A stretch of 64,000 nt of DNA from Psammoneis japonica. Its lineage: Eukaryota. The DNA is taken from assembly GCA_008632985.1 (NCBI GenBank), contig QPGO01000164.1:62001-126000 (forward strand), in the 5' to 3' direction. The notes under the pieces are model-generated. The model saw only the letters and a program-made list of their open reading frames with translations. It did no database searches and was not told where the DNA came from. Position numbers and translations under genes: made by a program. Shown piece after piece: positions 25,749 to 38,299 of this stretch (within the stretch, counting starts at the first letter, position 1; every line of letters starts with the position of its first letter).

Positions 25749-26660
25749 TCAGCTGTGTTGCCATTGCAAGAATTTTAAACAGAAGACCAAGGGAGCCCAT
25801 GCAGAGCGGAAGGGAACAGCAGAGGGAGGCACGGAGGTGGCTGTAGAGACGGCAGAGTAGAAGGGTCGAAGGACGCAAGACGAAGGGCGTTTTGAGGAAG
25901 GCATGGGTGAGGAGGGAGCAGGGAGAGAGGAAGTGAATCGGAGGATGTGCGCAGAAAGGTGAAGAACGACGTTGTGGCCAAGAGTTTGGGTGGCCCACTG
26001 GGATGGGGTGGCCGCACGGCAGGTGCTCCCAAAGCGATCGGCGGACAGGCGACGCTGTGCAAAGTCAGCGGAGGGAAGGATTGCAGATGGAGACGATGAA
26101 GCACAGAGGAAGGCAGAGTGGGAGGCATCGGAGTGACGAAAGTCAGAGGAAGAGGACCAGGGTGGCTTGGGCTGAGAGCAGACGGAGGAGGATGTAGAAC
26201 CAAAGAGCAAGCGGTGAGCAAAGCAGCCGAGACCACCAAGGTGATCTACAGTGAAGGGGAGCAGGAAGATGCCATCGTTGTCAAGCAAAGAAACAACAAG
26301 GGATCCATCGGCAGAGGAAGCAGAGGGGCCAAGAAACTTCAATCTCGTGCTCGAGTGGTGTGCCTCAGTTGAAACAGGAGAAGAGGGGGCAGGCAGACCT
26401 GGAGGAGGGCGAGAGGAAGCTTGAGGGACAGTGACATCCACTGCAATGCAGTGATGGCGGGAGGGAGTGGAAAGGGAGGCGGGAGGGGGAACTGAAATGC
26501 CGACATCGGCGGGATGGAGGAGCGGGCGGGTGGGAAGCAGGTTGGTGGGTTCAAGATGAACGTCATTGGGGGATCGACAGAACTCTGCAAGAGGACCCAA
26601 AGTTTGGGCTAGGATGAAAACAGTGTCATGGAGATTTTGTGAGAGCACTTCGCCCTGCTC
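25749..26660 (-). mobile_element. 3' fragment of an RLE-type non-LTR retrotransposon directly upstream of the matrixin gene
   Basis: LHD.V...V.LEPTNLLP...HPADV..IAVDVTV..LLPFTVDHLGGLG resembles the PD-(D/E)xK endonuclease C-terminus of CRE-like elements. Confidence 0.6.
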
Positions 26661-29099
26661 TCTTCCTTCTTGACATCATGACAAATGTTGTTCCCGCATC
26701 TTTCACTCATCCTCAAGCCATGAACAGCACATTTGTCCCGCGTGCAATGTTCCTTCATCAGACATTAAAATTGTGTCATGTCATTTTACAAGTTTGCTTT
26801 CTGCGAAATCGTCCTCCCGCTTGAAGCCTGTCCGTCGTGCGGTGCTTCTCTGCCGACAGCCAATGATTGGCGTCGCAGCATCGTGCTGATCTGTCTTCAG
26901 CCCATTCCGTTGGAACATTGGGGTTGGAGGCATTTTTGCAGGACAGACAGACAACACCGCAGTGCAAGATGCCATGCATTGATGATTGTGGATGACGTGG
27001 CGAATTTGCACTCGAGAAACTCTGGTTGAGTTGTGGGTTCTGTGCTCACTTTTTGGCTTTTGCGCACCGGTTGACATGGCAACAGCAGTTGACAGCATTG
27101 GGAATGTGTTTGCAAGCCATGCAGTGAGCTTGGAGTTGGCAAGGCTGAATGTGGGCCAGCTGGCAAGCTGCAAGAAACTCCCCGACACAGAGGAGCCAAA
27201 AAGGTCGCCACGCGACACTCTCGACAAAGGAGGAGTGGTGTCATTCAAAGGCAAAGGCTGGGAAGTCATCAGGAATCCAAGAATGTGGGCTGGCAAGTCA
27301 TCAGGAATCTAAGAGTGTGGGCTGGAAAGTTGTTGGGAATCCAAAGGTGCATCTCATGTTGGAGAATTGTGGCAAACAAGCAAGCTGCAGATGAGAACAA
27401 AGAAACAACAATCTCTGGAGGAGTGCCTTGCTGTCAAGAAGCTGTCCAGGGTCTGCTGAAAGAGGTCGTGGCAAGGTTGTGCTGGGGTCAGCAAGACCAA
27501 GCATGTGGCACTGGCTGTCAGCAAGTCATGACACTCCAATGTTGGTCCGGGAAAATGCAAGCAAGAACGCGGCTGGGCTGAGTGCAGAAGCACAAAGGAT
27601 TTGAAGGAGTGGGCATGTGACACCATTGCCAGGTCAGGATGACAGGCAGATGGTCACATGGAAATCACAAGGAAGACCAGCGAGTGTTGGAAGATTGTTC
27701 TGGCTAAAGGTGCAGGTGCTGGTGTCTCCAAAGCAGGAGAGCTCGCCAAAAGAGCCTGGGCGTCCATCAGGAGACACCGCATCAGAGAAGGACAAGGCAA
27801 TCTGCATCTGCATCATGTTTCTGTGCTGAGCTGGAGCAATGCTTGCCAACAATTAAAAACTCCAAATGCCTGCTTGATGTTTCTGCCAATCTTCATTGTG
27901 CACGAATGTCGACTCTTCTTTTTGATGGTTGTCAGCTCGCAAACAATTTGGTTGTCTTTGCTTGATTTAGTTGAGTTGCCAGTTTTGCTTTTTGAGTGCA
28001 CATTGCCAAACTTGTCAAGCATGCATGCATTTTGTCCCTTCTCTTTCCATTTGCAAGCTGCTCTCTTTCTGTTTTGCTCTGTTTCTGCCAGATCTGTCCT
28101 TTTTTCCCACTGCACACACCACAAGCCGCCTGCCGACCTAAAATCTGCCAACGACAATGGCACATGATCCCTGTCATGATCCACTCTGTCCTGGTCAAAT
28201 GTCTGACAACAATGACCAGCGTGCTCTTGCCAACATTTCCAAAGGTGTCCCCAGTGCTCTTCTTTCTTTTGTTGTGGCCTCAACAGTGCATCTTCCTCTC
28301 CCAACCACTCTCTGAGTGACAATGGCGCCTCCATCTCTTTTGATGCATCAGTGCCTCTCAACCATTCCCTTGATTCAAGCACCAAAGGATTCTTGTCTCT
28401 GTCTCTTCATGATGGCAATCCATCCCACCTTTTTCCAGATGGCAGCAATCAAGAGTTTCAACCATCCATCCACGGTGATCCTTCCTCCAATGAACCACCA
28501 TTGGATTTTTTCTTCAACAACAATGATGTTGACTCTCATCCTGCACTGCTGCCGGAAGAACTTGACATTGGCTCTCTTGCCTCAGACCCTCCCAATGATG
28601 GCATCTTCTGCAAGGACTTCCTTTTCATTGAGGAGAGGAGTTTGATGTTGCTTCTTTCAGCACAATTTTCTGTGTCATCCTCTTCCCTCCCTGACAATGA
28701 CAAGGACAATGATGGATTGTGCTGCTTTGATGCACTTGATTTGGAGGAGATGGAAGAAGCTCAACTGTTGCAACCTCCCTGCATTCATGAAACCAATGCC
28801 ACCAAGAAGTTTCATCTGGTGGAGGAAGAGCTGGTTTTGTGATGATGAAGAAGCATCATCTCTCCCGTGGTTTGTACAAGGCTTTTCTTTCTTGGGCTAA
28901 ATGTGCCAAGGAGAGTGACTGTGAGTGCAAGTCTCTCTCCCACTCTGCCACCTTGTGATGCATGAAAGCCAAGCATCTTGATTTTGTTGGTGTCCAGAGC
29001 CCATTTGCTCCACAGCACATGTGGGTCCCAATTTCCCCCCAGTGCATGTGGCGCACCAATTTTCCTTTCTGCATTGTGTGAGAAGGGTCTTTTGCAATC

Positions 29100-30700
29100 C
29101 CCAGGTTGTCCAGTCTTGTCAGTGGTTGCACAATGAGAAGCGCTGCCCCAAAACAAACCAAGTGCAATTGTGACTCTCTTGGCACTGGTGACTGGTGGAA
29201 GCAAGTGGAGCATGATCTCAAATCTTCCCTTGATCAACTTGGCAATGGCTGCCCCTCTTGGTCACACTTTGTTTGCTCAGCTGTGCTGTTTGATGATTCC
29301 ACCCTTTTTGACAACATGGGACATTTACAAGCACAACCCATTCTTGTGCCATCAGGCAATTTTGACAATGAGTGTTGTTGCAGCCACTCCCTTTGGTTGA
29401 CATGTGGAATGGTGCCACTGCACCCCAAGACAAGCAATGAGTGCACCACAAACTGTCAGTCCTCAAAGCTTGGACAGGAGATGCACATCAAGTTCTGCCA
29501 CTGCACTTTGCATGAGATGTTCACTGAGTTGCTTCAACTGTCAAAGTGAAAGACTGGTTTCCCGATTGTGATGCCATCTCTTGACTTTTTTCATCTCCAC
29601 TTTCAACACCAGTGCATGACAATCGGCAATGCAAAAGGTCACAATGACATGGCTTGTCACTGCAACTCCCGTTCCAGCAACCTCTCCCAGATGAACAGGG
29701 GTTGTGACATGCCACAGCATTTTGGTGACAACCCCTTGTTTGGCTGCAATTCGGTGGAACAAGAGAACATCAAGGGGACAGTGGAGGCTGCCATGACAGT
29801 TGTGGAGGAAAGGCATCATGGCAAGGCAACCGCCGCTTGTGAATGGTGCAAGGACATTTCTCAGCACTTGGCTCATCCCGTGTTTTGGGACATCCCTCAC
29901 GGCAGAAGAAAGCATGGCATTTTGGGCATCCTCTCCTGGGAACTGTCACATGCATTGCACTTGGGTCTTTGCAAGCATCTGCTTCATGCCTTCTTCAACT
30001 GACAGCATCAAGTCCAAGAAAACATGTTGTCATGGCACCATGAACATCATGTTGCTGGGGAGTGCACAATGGATGACTGACCGTCTGTCACATTCAAGGA
30101 GCTCCCCTAGCTGTTTGACAAAGCTGAGTTTGAGAGACACTTTGGAGTTGTCACACATGTGTCCAGGAGGCAAAGTGATTGGAAAATGCCACAAACTCCA
30201 TTTGAGAACAGAGTCACCAACCAGACTGGTCTTTCTGGCCAAGAGCATCCAGGTTTGTTGCTTGTGGCACTTGCTGCAAAGAAAGGCATGCTTTCAAAGG
30301 AAGACAAAAGCCTCAAGCCACTGGAGAGTTGCTTTGCCCACCTCATGTTCATGTTGTTGGATTGGATGCAGCACTGTCCATGTCCTCTGAAAAGGAAAGC
30401 TTTCTCACTTGGCTTCAGAATTGCCTTCTCAAGTGTCTCCAATTGTTTCAATTCATGGTCGGCCCATTCAAAGAGTGCCGCTCTCATTCCGGACTTTGCA
30501 TGTCCAAGTTCCATTGCCTTCTTCACTTCCTTGCAATGCTGACATTTTTTTTGGTGGAATCTGTGAAGCTCTTCTCAAGATGCTTTTGAAGCAACCTGCT
30601 AAAAACACATGTTGTTGGCAAGACAGGCTTGACCTGAATTTGATGAATTGCCACTGCAAGGACCTTGTGGCTCATTGTCACACTGCACAGAGGGTGGGAA
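29100..30700 (+). mobile_element. Plavaka/CACTA-like DNA transposase remnant
   Basis: TGDWWKQ, LFDDSTLFDNMGHLQAQP, IGNAKGHNDMAC, HGILG...ELSHALHLGLCK, RQSD...P.TPF...T.QT.LSGQE.PGLLL, KFHCLLH in successive frames. Confidence 0.6.
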
Positions 30701-33659
30701 ATTGACTTGTTCCAATGGGACAAGGTTGCTGTTGCCTGTTCCCTTGGTGTGTGACAGAAAGTCAAGAGTTGGTCCAACTGGGGTGTCCATTGCAAGAGCA
30801 GCCGAACCTGCATTTGTAGCAACAGCTGGCTGATTTGGTTCCTCTGCCTCCAAATTGTTTTTCAACAAAACAAAGGCAAGCCTGCACCCTGAGCTGGGGT
30901 TCCCAGGTTCATCAAGAGCACCATCCAATGCCCAGTTGGAGCTTGTGATGATGTTGCACCACTTTGTGAAATGTGCAAAATGTCCAGGGCAGCATGCCTC
31001 AGCTTGGATTTTGCCAAAGGGACACTGGCAATGAAATGATTGTGCAAATGTGCACATTCTTGAATGCCATCCTCAGCAGCTGGATCACTGCTTTCAGGTG
31101 CAGCTGGCACATCATCCATGTTGTGCAGGCTGTTGATCAGATCATCCTCATGATGCAGGAACACATTGGTGAGGAGAAACTTTGCAGTGATCAACTGGGC
31201 AAGTGCCTCCTGAATGGGTCACAGTTGGCCCATTGTTCTTGGCACAGCAGTTGTCAACTTTGTTGTGGCTCTGCTTGCATCATTTCATTGGCTTTTGAGT
31301 GCAACAAAGGCAGACAGTGGCAGTGAGAGGCAAGAAAAAATTCACCCACAGAGACCAGACCTGTCGTCCAAAGTGGCAGGCAGTGCAGAGATGGGCTGCA
31401 TTGCAATGATGCATGATGGTGCTGTTTTCCTCGACCGTCAATTCAGTGCCAGTGGGAGGGGCATTGAACAAGTCAACAGGACACGCGAGTGCACTGACCT
31501 GCAAAAGACAGATGAACCATGAAGCCATTGTGAGCAACATGGAGAACATTTGAAGAAGAGGGGGAAAAGGATTTGCATCACCTGCACCACCATGATTGGA
31601 GCTGCAGACTCTGCAACATTTCTCAAAGACACTTTGCAGGATGTTGGGAAACAAGGCACTGCCAGTCTTTGGTGGCAGAATGTGATCAATTTGTGTTTGA
31701 AGGTGGGGTGCAAAGGCACTTCATTCTTGATTCATGAAGTTGAGGGCCAAGGAGCCAACCTTCTCCCAAAACTTTTGACAAACTTTGGGTTTGTTGAACA
31801 CATTGTCAGACCTGTCCTTGTCATTTTTTTGGGTGTTTTGGGAAGACAAGTTCCCAAACCATCAAGGTGAAGGGACATTTGGAGGTCACACTGGCATCCA
31901 GCAGTGAGTGGCAATTCATGGTGTTTCCAATCTCTTGTGTTTGGATGGAAAACCAAGAGAAAATGGAAGAGCACAACCCACCTTCAAGTTGCCCACTTTC
32001 TTTGCAAGGTTGGTCTCCAAATTTGTCATTTTGCTGGACAAAGGGTCTGTTTCTGAGCTTTCTGGAGAGAGGCAATGATCTTGTTGGAAACGGCAATTTT
32101 TGCACCATGGGATCTGCACTTTTGCTGTGCAGTTGCTTGTGTGCATCTTTTTGTTTTGGTTTTTGCATGGGCTGTGCATCCTCCAGCAAAACAAAAGCTG
32201 CACTCTGCAATCCCTGCCAGACATTTGGTTTGGGTTGATGCCACAGGTGGCAGGGTGTTCAGAGGCTCCAAGCAGCTCAGAAGTCTTGCAGGAAATGGTT
32301 GTCAGACACATCATCAGAGGAGTCAGCTTCTTCATTGATGGAGGCTGCAGCAGCAATGGCAGATGCTGGGTCATCAGCCAGTGGAGCAGCTCTGGACAAA
32401 GAGCCTTGATGTTGCCAAGGGCTGGTCCCAGAGCCTTGCCTGGGCTGCCCAGGAGGAACTGAGCCCAGTTCTTGAGCACCATGAGCAGCACCTCCATCAC
32501 GACCTCCACCACAGCCACCGGTGGCACTGGCGCAACTGGCATTGTTGCGGCCAGCAACTGGTTGGTTCAGCTTCTTCTTTGAAACAAAATTGTCACTGAA
32601 AAAGAGATGCTGGTGGAAATCAACTGTGACAGCGAGGCTCACAATTTGGCCAAAAACATGAATTGTCCCTCCCTCACAAGAAACAAAAATGCAAACTCAA
32701 GTTGCACGCGACACATGAAAATGAGAGCAGTGGTGACAGGCAGCAGCATTGCAGATGGGACAGAGTAAAATGCAGGACACAAGGCAAGAAAGAGGAAACA
32801 AGCAGCAAATGCATGGAGATCAGGCACAAAATGCAAACGACTGGCACTTGTGCACATCTTTGCACACAGACACACAGACATGCAACCTGTGCTGCAAAGA
32901 AAGACAGGCAACAGGGAAGGGCACAAAGGTGAGCAGAAGCAGGAGCATGTGAAACGAGATTGTGAGAAACACAAGACATGCAAAAAGACTGATCATTGAC
33001 ACAAAGTTTTCTCCAGTTGCAGGTGACGCTTTGGCCAACCAAACAGAAGGAATGCAAAATTGATGATTGGAGGATGATGCTGTTGCCTGGTGCAGATGAT
33101 CGTGAAGAGAGCAAGAGTGGTTGCAAGGGAGAACACAAGGACCAAAACATCACACCTGCAGTGTGGGGACTGCAAAGCACAACAAGGACTGGCAGAGAGC
33201 AGGACAAAAAAAAAGAGTGAGAAAAGGGGAGCATTTTTTAGCACACAGTGTAGAAACAACAAAACAGAACAATTGCACATTGCACATCAGACAATGAGCA
33301 GCACAGAGCCAATGTGCAAACAGCTTGGCAAGACAATTGAACATCAATGTTGTCAGAAATGAACAATGTCAGAATGTCGTTGCAAACACACAGTTGTTGA
33401 GATGGAAACAGAAGCAAGCAACAAGTTTTGTCAACTGTTGTTTCCTGCTTGGAAGGTTGGTTTAACTGTGGACAGATGCAAAAACAATGTTGAAACAAAC
33501 AGATGTAAAAAGTTGTCAAGAATGTGTGTGCAAAGAGACTGATTTCCATCAACTGTTAAATCCCACTTGGAAGGTTCCCCAGGTTGACAGTTGTTCAGGG
33601 CTTGTCAAGAACACAGGATGCTGAACAAAAGAATGTGAACTCTGAACAAGAGCCACAAT

Positions 33660-34330
33660 GTTTTGCAGACATGGGGCAAGCAATGCAGTCAATGTGCAAA
33701 ACAGAGCACAATCTGCAGGACACAGAAGATGAAAGCATCCAACACAATGTGGGACAATGCACAAAAGCCATTTGTCACAAGACTGGAGGAGGGACAGAGG
33801 GACGTGGTCATGGCGCCAACACTGGAACTCCTCACATTGATCTCCTCATTCAGTGCCGCAAATGAGAAGATGTGTCTGCATGTCCAGGTGGTCAAGGCTT
33901 GGAAGCCGCTGGTGCTCATTTGTCAAGATGAAGGAGAGGAACTTCAAGATCATCACAACAGGTTCATGAGCATTGTCAAGGTGGTGGAAATGTCCTGTGA
34001 CAGGATCATCTCAGAAGAAATCACCAAGAAAGAAGATGGGTTCAGCAAGGACACTGATGACACTCAGAACAAAGAACAATGCAAGCCGTTGGTGGTGATG
34101 CTGATGGAAGGCACCAAGGAACATTGGCTTGTCTCAAAAGACCCACATTGGCAGCCCACACTGGGGGTTGACAGTTGCCCCAATTTTTTGACCAATGAGG
34201 CACTGCAGGTGTTGGGCACATGTGGGGCCAACAAGAAGCCTGAGGGAACAAGTTCTGTGTAGAATGAGAAGAAGCAGATTGGATGCTGGGAATGCAATGA
34301 GGTTGGGCACATGTGAAAAAGGACTGTCCT
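33660..34330 (+). mobile_element. Ty1/copia (CoDi-like) gag fragment
   Basis: Q...EELQDHHNRFMSIVKVVE, Q.TLGVD.CP, and zinc knuckle CWECNEVGHM*KKDCP at about 34280-34330. Confidence 0.6.
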
Positions 34331-36752
34331 GATGATGATCCTTTTTTGGCAGAGTCAGATGATGTGAGCCATGGGAGTCAGTGGAGTGGTCAAAGCAGCA
34401 TTGGGTGACAATGGCTTTCATGTGTCATGTCCTCCTGTGCTTGATGTGCATGAGGCCAATCAATTGACGGCTTGTGCAAAGGAGTGTGTTGGAACATTGG
34501 GGTCAGAGGCAGTTTTTGCAGGGACAGACAGACAAGGTTGCAGCAGTGCAAGAATTGATGACAACATTTGTGGACAATGTGGCAAATTTGCACTTGCAAA
34601 TCAGGTTGAGTCGTGGGTTTTGTGCTCACTTTTTGGCTTTTGTGCATCCGGGTTGACCCAGCAACAGCAGTTGGTGGCACCAGGAATGTGTTTGTGCCAC
34701 ACGGTGAGCTTGGAGTTGGTGAGACCAAACATGCACTGGTTGGCAAACCATGGAACTTTTGCACATTCTCCTTTCTTGATCTGCTCCAGCTCTCTGAATG
34801 GAGCTGTGTGTGACATTGGGCCCTTGACATCGGGCCCACAGAATTCCATGTGCAAGCTCTGCAGTGAAACTGCCAAGCAGCAGACATGCAAATGATCACC
34901 AATGGAAAAAGAGGCAATTTTGCTGATGCATCTCCTCCTTCACTCTTGAAGCACATCATTTGTGGTTTGCCTGGGCACACTCAGCAGAGTCAAAGAATGT
35001 GCCCAGCCCTCCTTTGTTCCATTTTTTGCACCCAGTGGCAAAACAGTTGTCTCCTCACAATTTGTGCAAAAATGGAAAATGCTGGTGGGGTCAGGTGCGT
35101 TGTTGCAAATGGGTTGATCTGAAATGTGTCTGGCCAGTTGCCAACATTTTCCATTTTTTGCAGAGACAAAATTCACTGTGGAAGACAGACACGCCTTTTT
35201 TTTTTCTTGGCACTGGCCCACACAGTTTCTGCATGATGACTCCACAGAAAGACTGCTGTTGTGAGCAGATCTTTTTGTGGTTTGCCTGTCATTCTCTTTT
35301 GCTGCAGGACTTGTGTCATTCCAGTCCTGGTGCTCAGGGAGTCCACCATGTTGCTGCTGTCTTTGCCCTTTGGTGTTCTGCCTCAATGCCAAAATGTCTG
35401 TTCTTGCAAAACCTGGTGTCACACACGTGGGGTTTCATGTGCAACAGCACCCATCAAAGCTGTTGTGGAGGCAACACACAAGAAAAGAAGCAGCAGAGCA
35501 CACACACAAATGTGGTGCTTGTTCATCCACAGCATCAGCTGCTGTTGTGGAACACAATTGCAAGGATTTCATGTTCCAGTGTTGCTCTGTTGGCTCAGTT
35601 GACATCCAAGACAACCAAGCAGCAAAAAACAGATGTGAAAGGAAGTGCATCATTGCTGTGTTTCAAACTGGCTTTCCTTCTGGCAAATTTTTGTTGGTGT
35701 TCTGGTGGTGGTCTCATTGCACAAAAGGTGACATTGTTGATTTTTTTGATCTACTTTTTGTCCAGTCCAGTGCTTTTTGATGATGGAGCTTTTCTTTCTG
35801 AGAGACAAGCAGCCCAAGTGTTGGGAGTTTTGGCTGCACAAGTGTCCTCTGGACACAGCCAGATGTTGGAACATGTTGGCATTGAACCAGCTGGGACATG
35901 TGGCCACACTGTGACTTTCATGTTTGACTCAAGATGCCAGCAGAGAAAGGACCCATCATTCCACCATCAGCAGATGGTTGGCTGGCAACATTGAGTGCAC
36001 TTGACCTTGCATCCATGAGCACTTGTGGGCTGGCTCAGGGGCCTCACACTTCCACTTGGCTGACAAAACCAAGAGATGCAGGTTGCTGGTGGCTCTGTCA
36101 TGCTCAAGGGGCTTCACTGGGGGGCATTTTGTGTTGAACAAGAAGGCTGCTTCTGGTGTGACCAATTTTGCCCTTCAGTGTCCTCCCAAGCCAGCATTGA
36201 ACAGATTGACATGCTGCAGAGCAACAGTGCTGAGATGGGTTGTTGCACACCTCTTTTTTAGACTGATGCGTGCGTTTCAGCATGCATTCACCCCACACTC
36301 CCACATGGTTTGGTGGCATCAAGCTGCCACTCTGTGCCTCTGTCATTGCTGGTTTACATGCAGACCAGACACACAAGAGCACACACCAAAGTTTTCTGTC
36401 CGTGTGCACCAAGACGTGCAGTGCACAGCCATCGGCACAGTGGGAATGATCGGGCTGATGACATCATGCCAGCAAGGAAGAAGATGCCTCAAGTCGATGA
36501 TAGAAATTTTCCCATTTGTCCGTCAAGCCACGTACAGAGATTGTAGATGGAGCTTCTCAAAGGCGTGTACTCTTCATCTTTGAAAGTGCTAAGTAACCTT
36601 CTTCTACCTTGGATTTGCTGAATGTGCTTTGGCGTGTTGCAACAATTTCAACAACAACTGATCTAATCTTGCCTCTCTGGCGGAATGTAATCATGTCGTA
36701 AGCCATAGGCACATTACAAACAAAGACAGTGACCAATCACTGGATCGAGATA

Positions 36753-38120
36753 TTAAATGAGCTCGAATCCGCATTCTTCAGAAAGGTCTGTCTGGTCCAG
36801 TCTCATTGCGTAGAGATCGCTAAGGTATATTCCACTCAGTTCATTCGACAAACCCCTGAGTCGATTCAAGTGCTCTTTGCACCCGTGGTTGGTATTGAAG
36901 TCTACCTTGCAGTAACAGCAATCACAGCAGCATACAAACGGTACTGTCATGAGTCGCTGTATTGTTTGCTTCCAGTGTTTCTTCCAGTCTTGTACCAGCC
37001 GCCACAAAAAGTTGTCGGAAGATCCTTTGGCATGTTTGATTTTGTAGTTTCCTTTCCGATACAAGTGAAGGTCCATACCGACGTGTCGGTACACGCGATT
37101 TTGGCAGCACATGAAAAACATCAAGCTCCAACCCAAAAAGGAAAGCAGATGCAAACCACAACAACAAATATAGGTATACAGATACAATCCTCGGTCGGGT
37201 AGCTGTGTAAAAATATCAAAATGATTGGTCACTCGAAGACAACGAATGCGCCCTTGACTCTCCAACATCTTGAAGGCTTGTTCAAAGGAGAGATTTCCAA
37301 CCATTGGTGAGGCAAAGGTAATGCAACTGACTGGCCAAAACTTCAATGCAGCATGAAAGGAAAAAACAGTCGCCAGAGCTCCTCCCAAACTATGCCCGGT
37401 GGAATAGACATGATAGCCTGGGTATCGTTCCAACAATCGGTTGACGTCGTTGCATATTTGATCAAATTTGCTTATTGAAGAAGAATCTTGCCGAAACAAG
37501 TAATTGTAAAATCCGTGATGAATCGAAACATTCCTACTGTTGTCGCCATCCTCCTCCAATTGGCATTTGTGTTGACTGAGAAAGGGATCGGCACTGACTT
37601 GCCAATCCTTTCGCGTCGTACAACCACGAAAGATGACGGCAATTTGTTTTCGGGCACTATTGACACAGATTCCATAAACTAGCTCCGTCTTCATATTCTC
37701 GTCACCGACAACTACAATGTCAAAGGAAGCCAAGGATGTTTCTCCAGTATCGGCATTAAACTCCACTTCCAATGCATTATTCTCTTGGACAATCGAATCA
37801 AAGGCCGACAGGTACAGCTCGGTGGATTCTTTACCAATTTCTTCTTGAATAACAAGCCGGTTTTGGGACACAAGTCGAACAATGTCGGCGGCCGAGATTG
37901 GTAGTTCGAGCAAACCGTGAATATCGCCACCTCGTGTCAACAATCCCTTGTTGGCCAGTGTTCGTAAATCGACGACACCGTACAAAATGATGGAGGCCAA
38001 GAGCATTTCGTACGTTTCATCAAATATATTCGGCCATTCAGCAGCAGCAGCAGCAGAATGCTGCTGATTAGTGTTCATATAAGATGGTAAGAAAGGCTCT
38101 TGCTTGCTGGGCGACGACAT
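36753..38120 (-). CDS. Class 3 (fungal-type) triacylglycerol lipase
   Basis: IAVIFRGCTT, IHHGFY, STGHSLGGALAT nucleophile elbow, TFASPMVGN, RVTNHFD, YRHVG. Start uncertain (38120 or up to 38228). Confidence 0.9.
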   Translation of the reverse strand: MSSPSKQEPFLPSYMNTNQQHSAAAAAEWPNIFDETYEMLLASIILYGVVDLRTLANKGLLTRGGDIHGLLELPISAADIVRLVSQNRLVIQEEIGKESTELYLSAFDSIVQENNALEVEFNADTGETSLASFDIVVVGDENMKTELVYGICVNSARKQIAVIFRGCTTRKDWQVSADPFLSQHKCQLEEDGDNSRNVSIHHGFYNYLFRQDSSSISKFDQICNDVNRLLERYPGYHVYSTGHSLGGALATVFSFHAALKFWPVSCITFASPMVGNLSFEQAFKMLESQGRIRCLRVTNHFDIFTQLPDRGLYLYTYICCCGLHLLSFLGWSLMFFMCCQNRVYRHVGMDLHLYRKGNYKIKHAKGSSDNFLWRLVQDWKKHWKQTIQRLMTVPFVCCCDCCYCKVDFNTNHGCKEHLNRLRGLSNELSGIYLSDLYAMRLDQTDLSEECGFELI

Positions 38121-38299
38121 GGTGAACGCAGGAAAGCCCATCACACAAAATGAGCAACGACGAGGGCGAGGATACGACGACGAGGTGCGATGCAGCTTTT
38201 GTCGTGTTTGGCATAAGAAATCGAACAAATCGGGCTCTATTTTTCACGAAAAGCAGTGTCCGTTGAAAAAATGTGAGCGAGCATGGAGCCCACAAACAA

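Larger units (their letters stand above)
26660..36480. mobile_element. About 10-kb nest of hypermutated transposon remnants
   Basis: Near-total TpA and CpG depletion. Segment 26905-27160 recurs at 34485-34760, and segment 34810-34960 recurs at 55705-55845. Confidence 0.75.

Noticed and set aside
26660..36480. Dozens of 60-340 aa ORFs as real genes, or an alternative genetic code
   Set aside because: Explained by loss of TAA/TAG in decayed repeats. Neighbouring genes use the standard code and all three stops.
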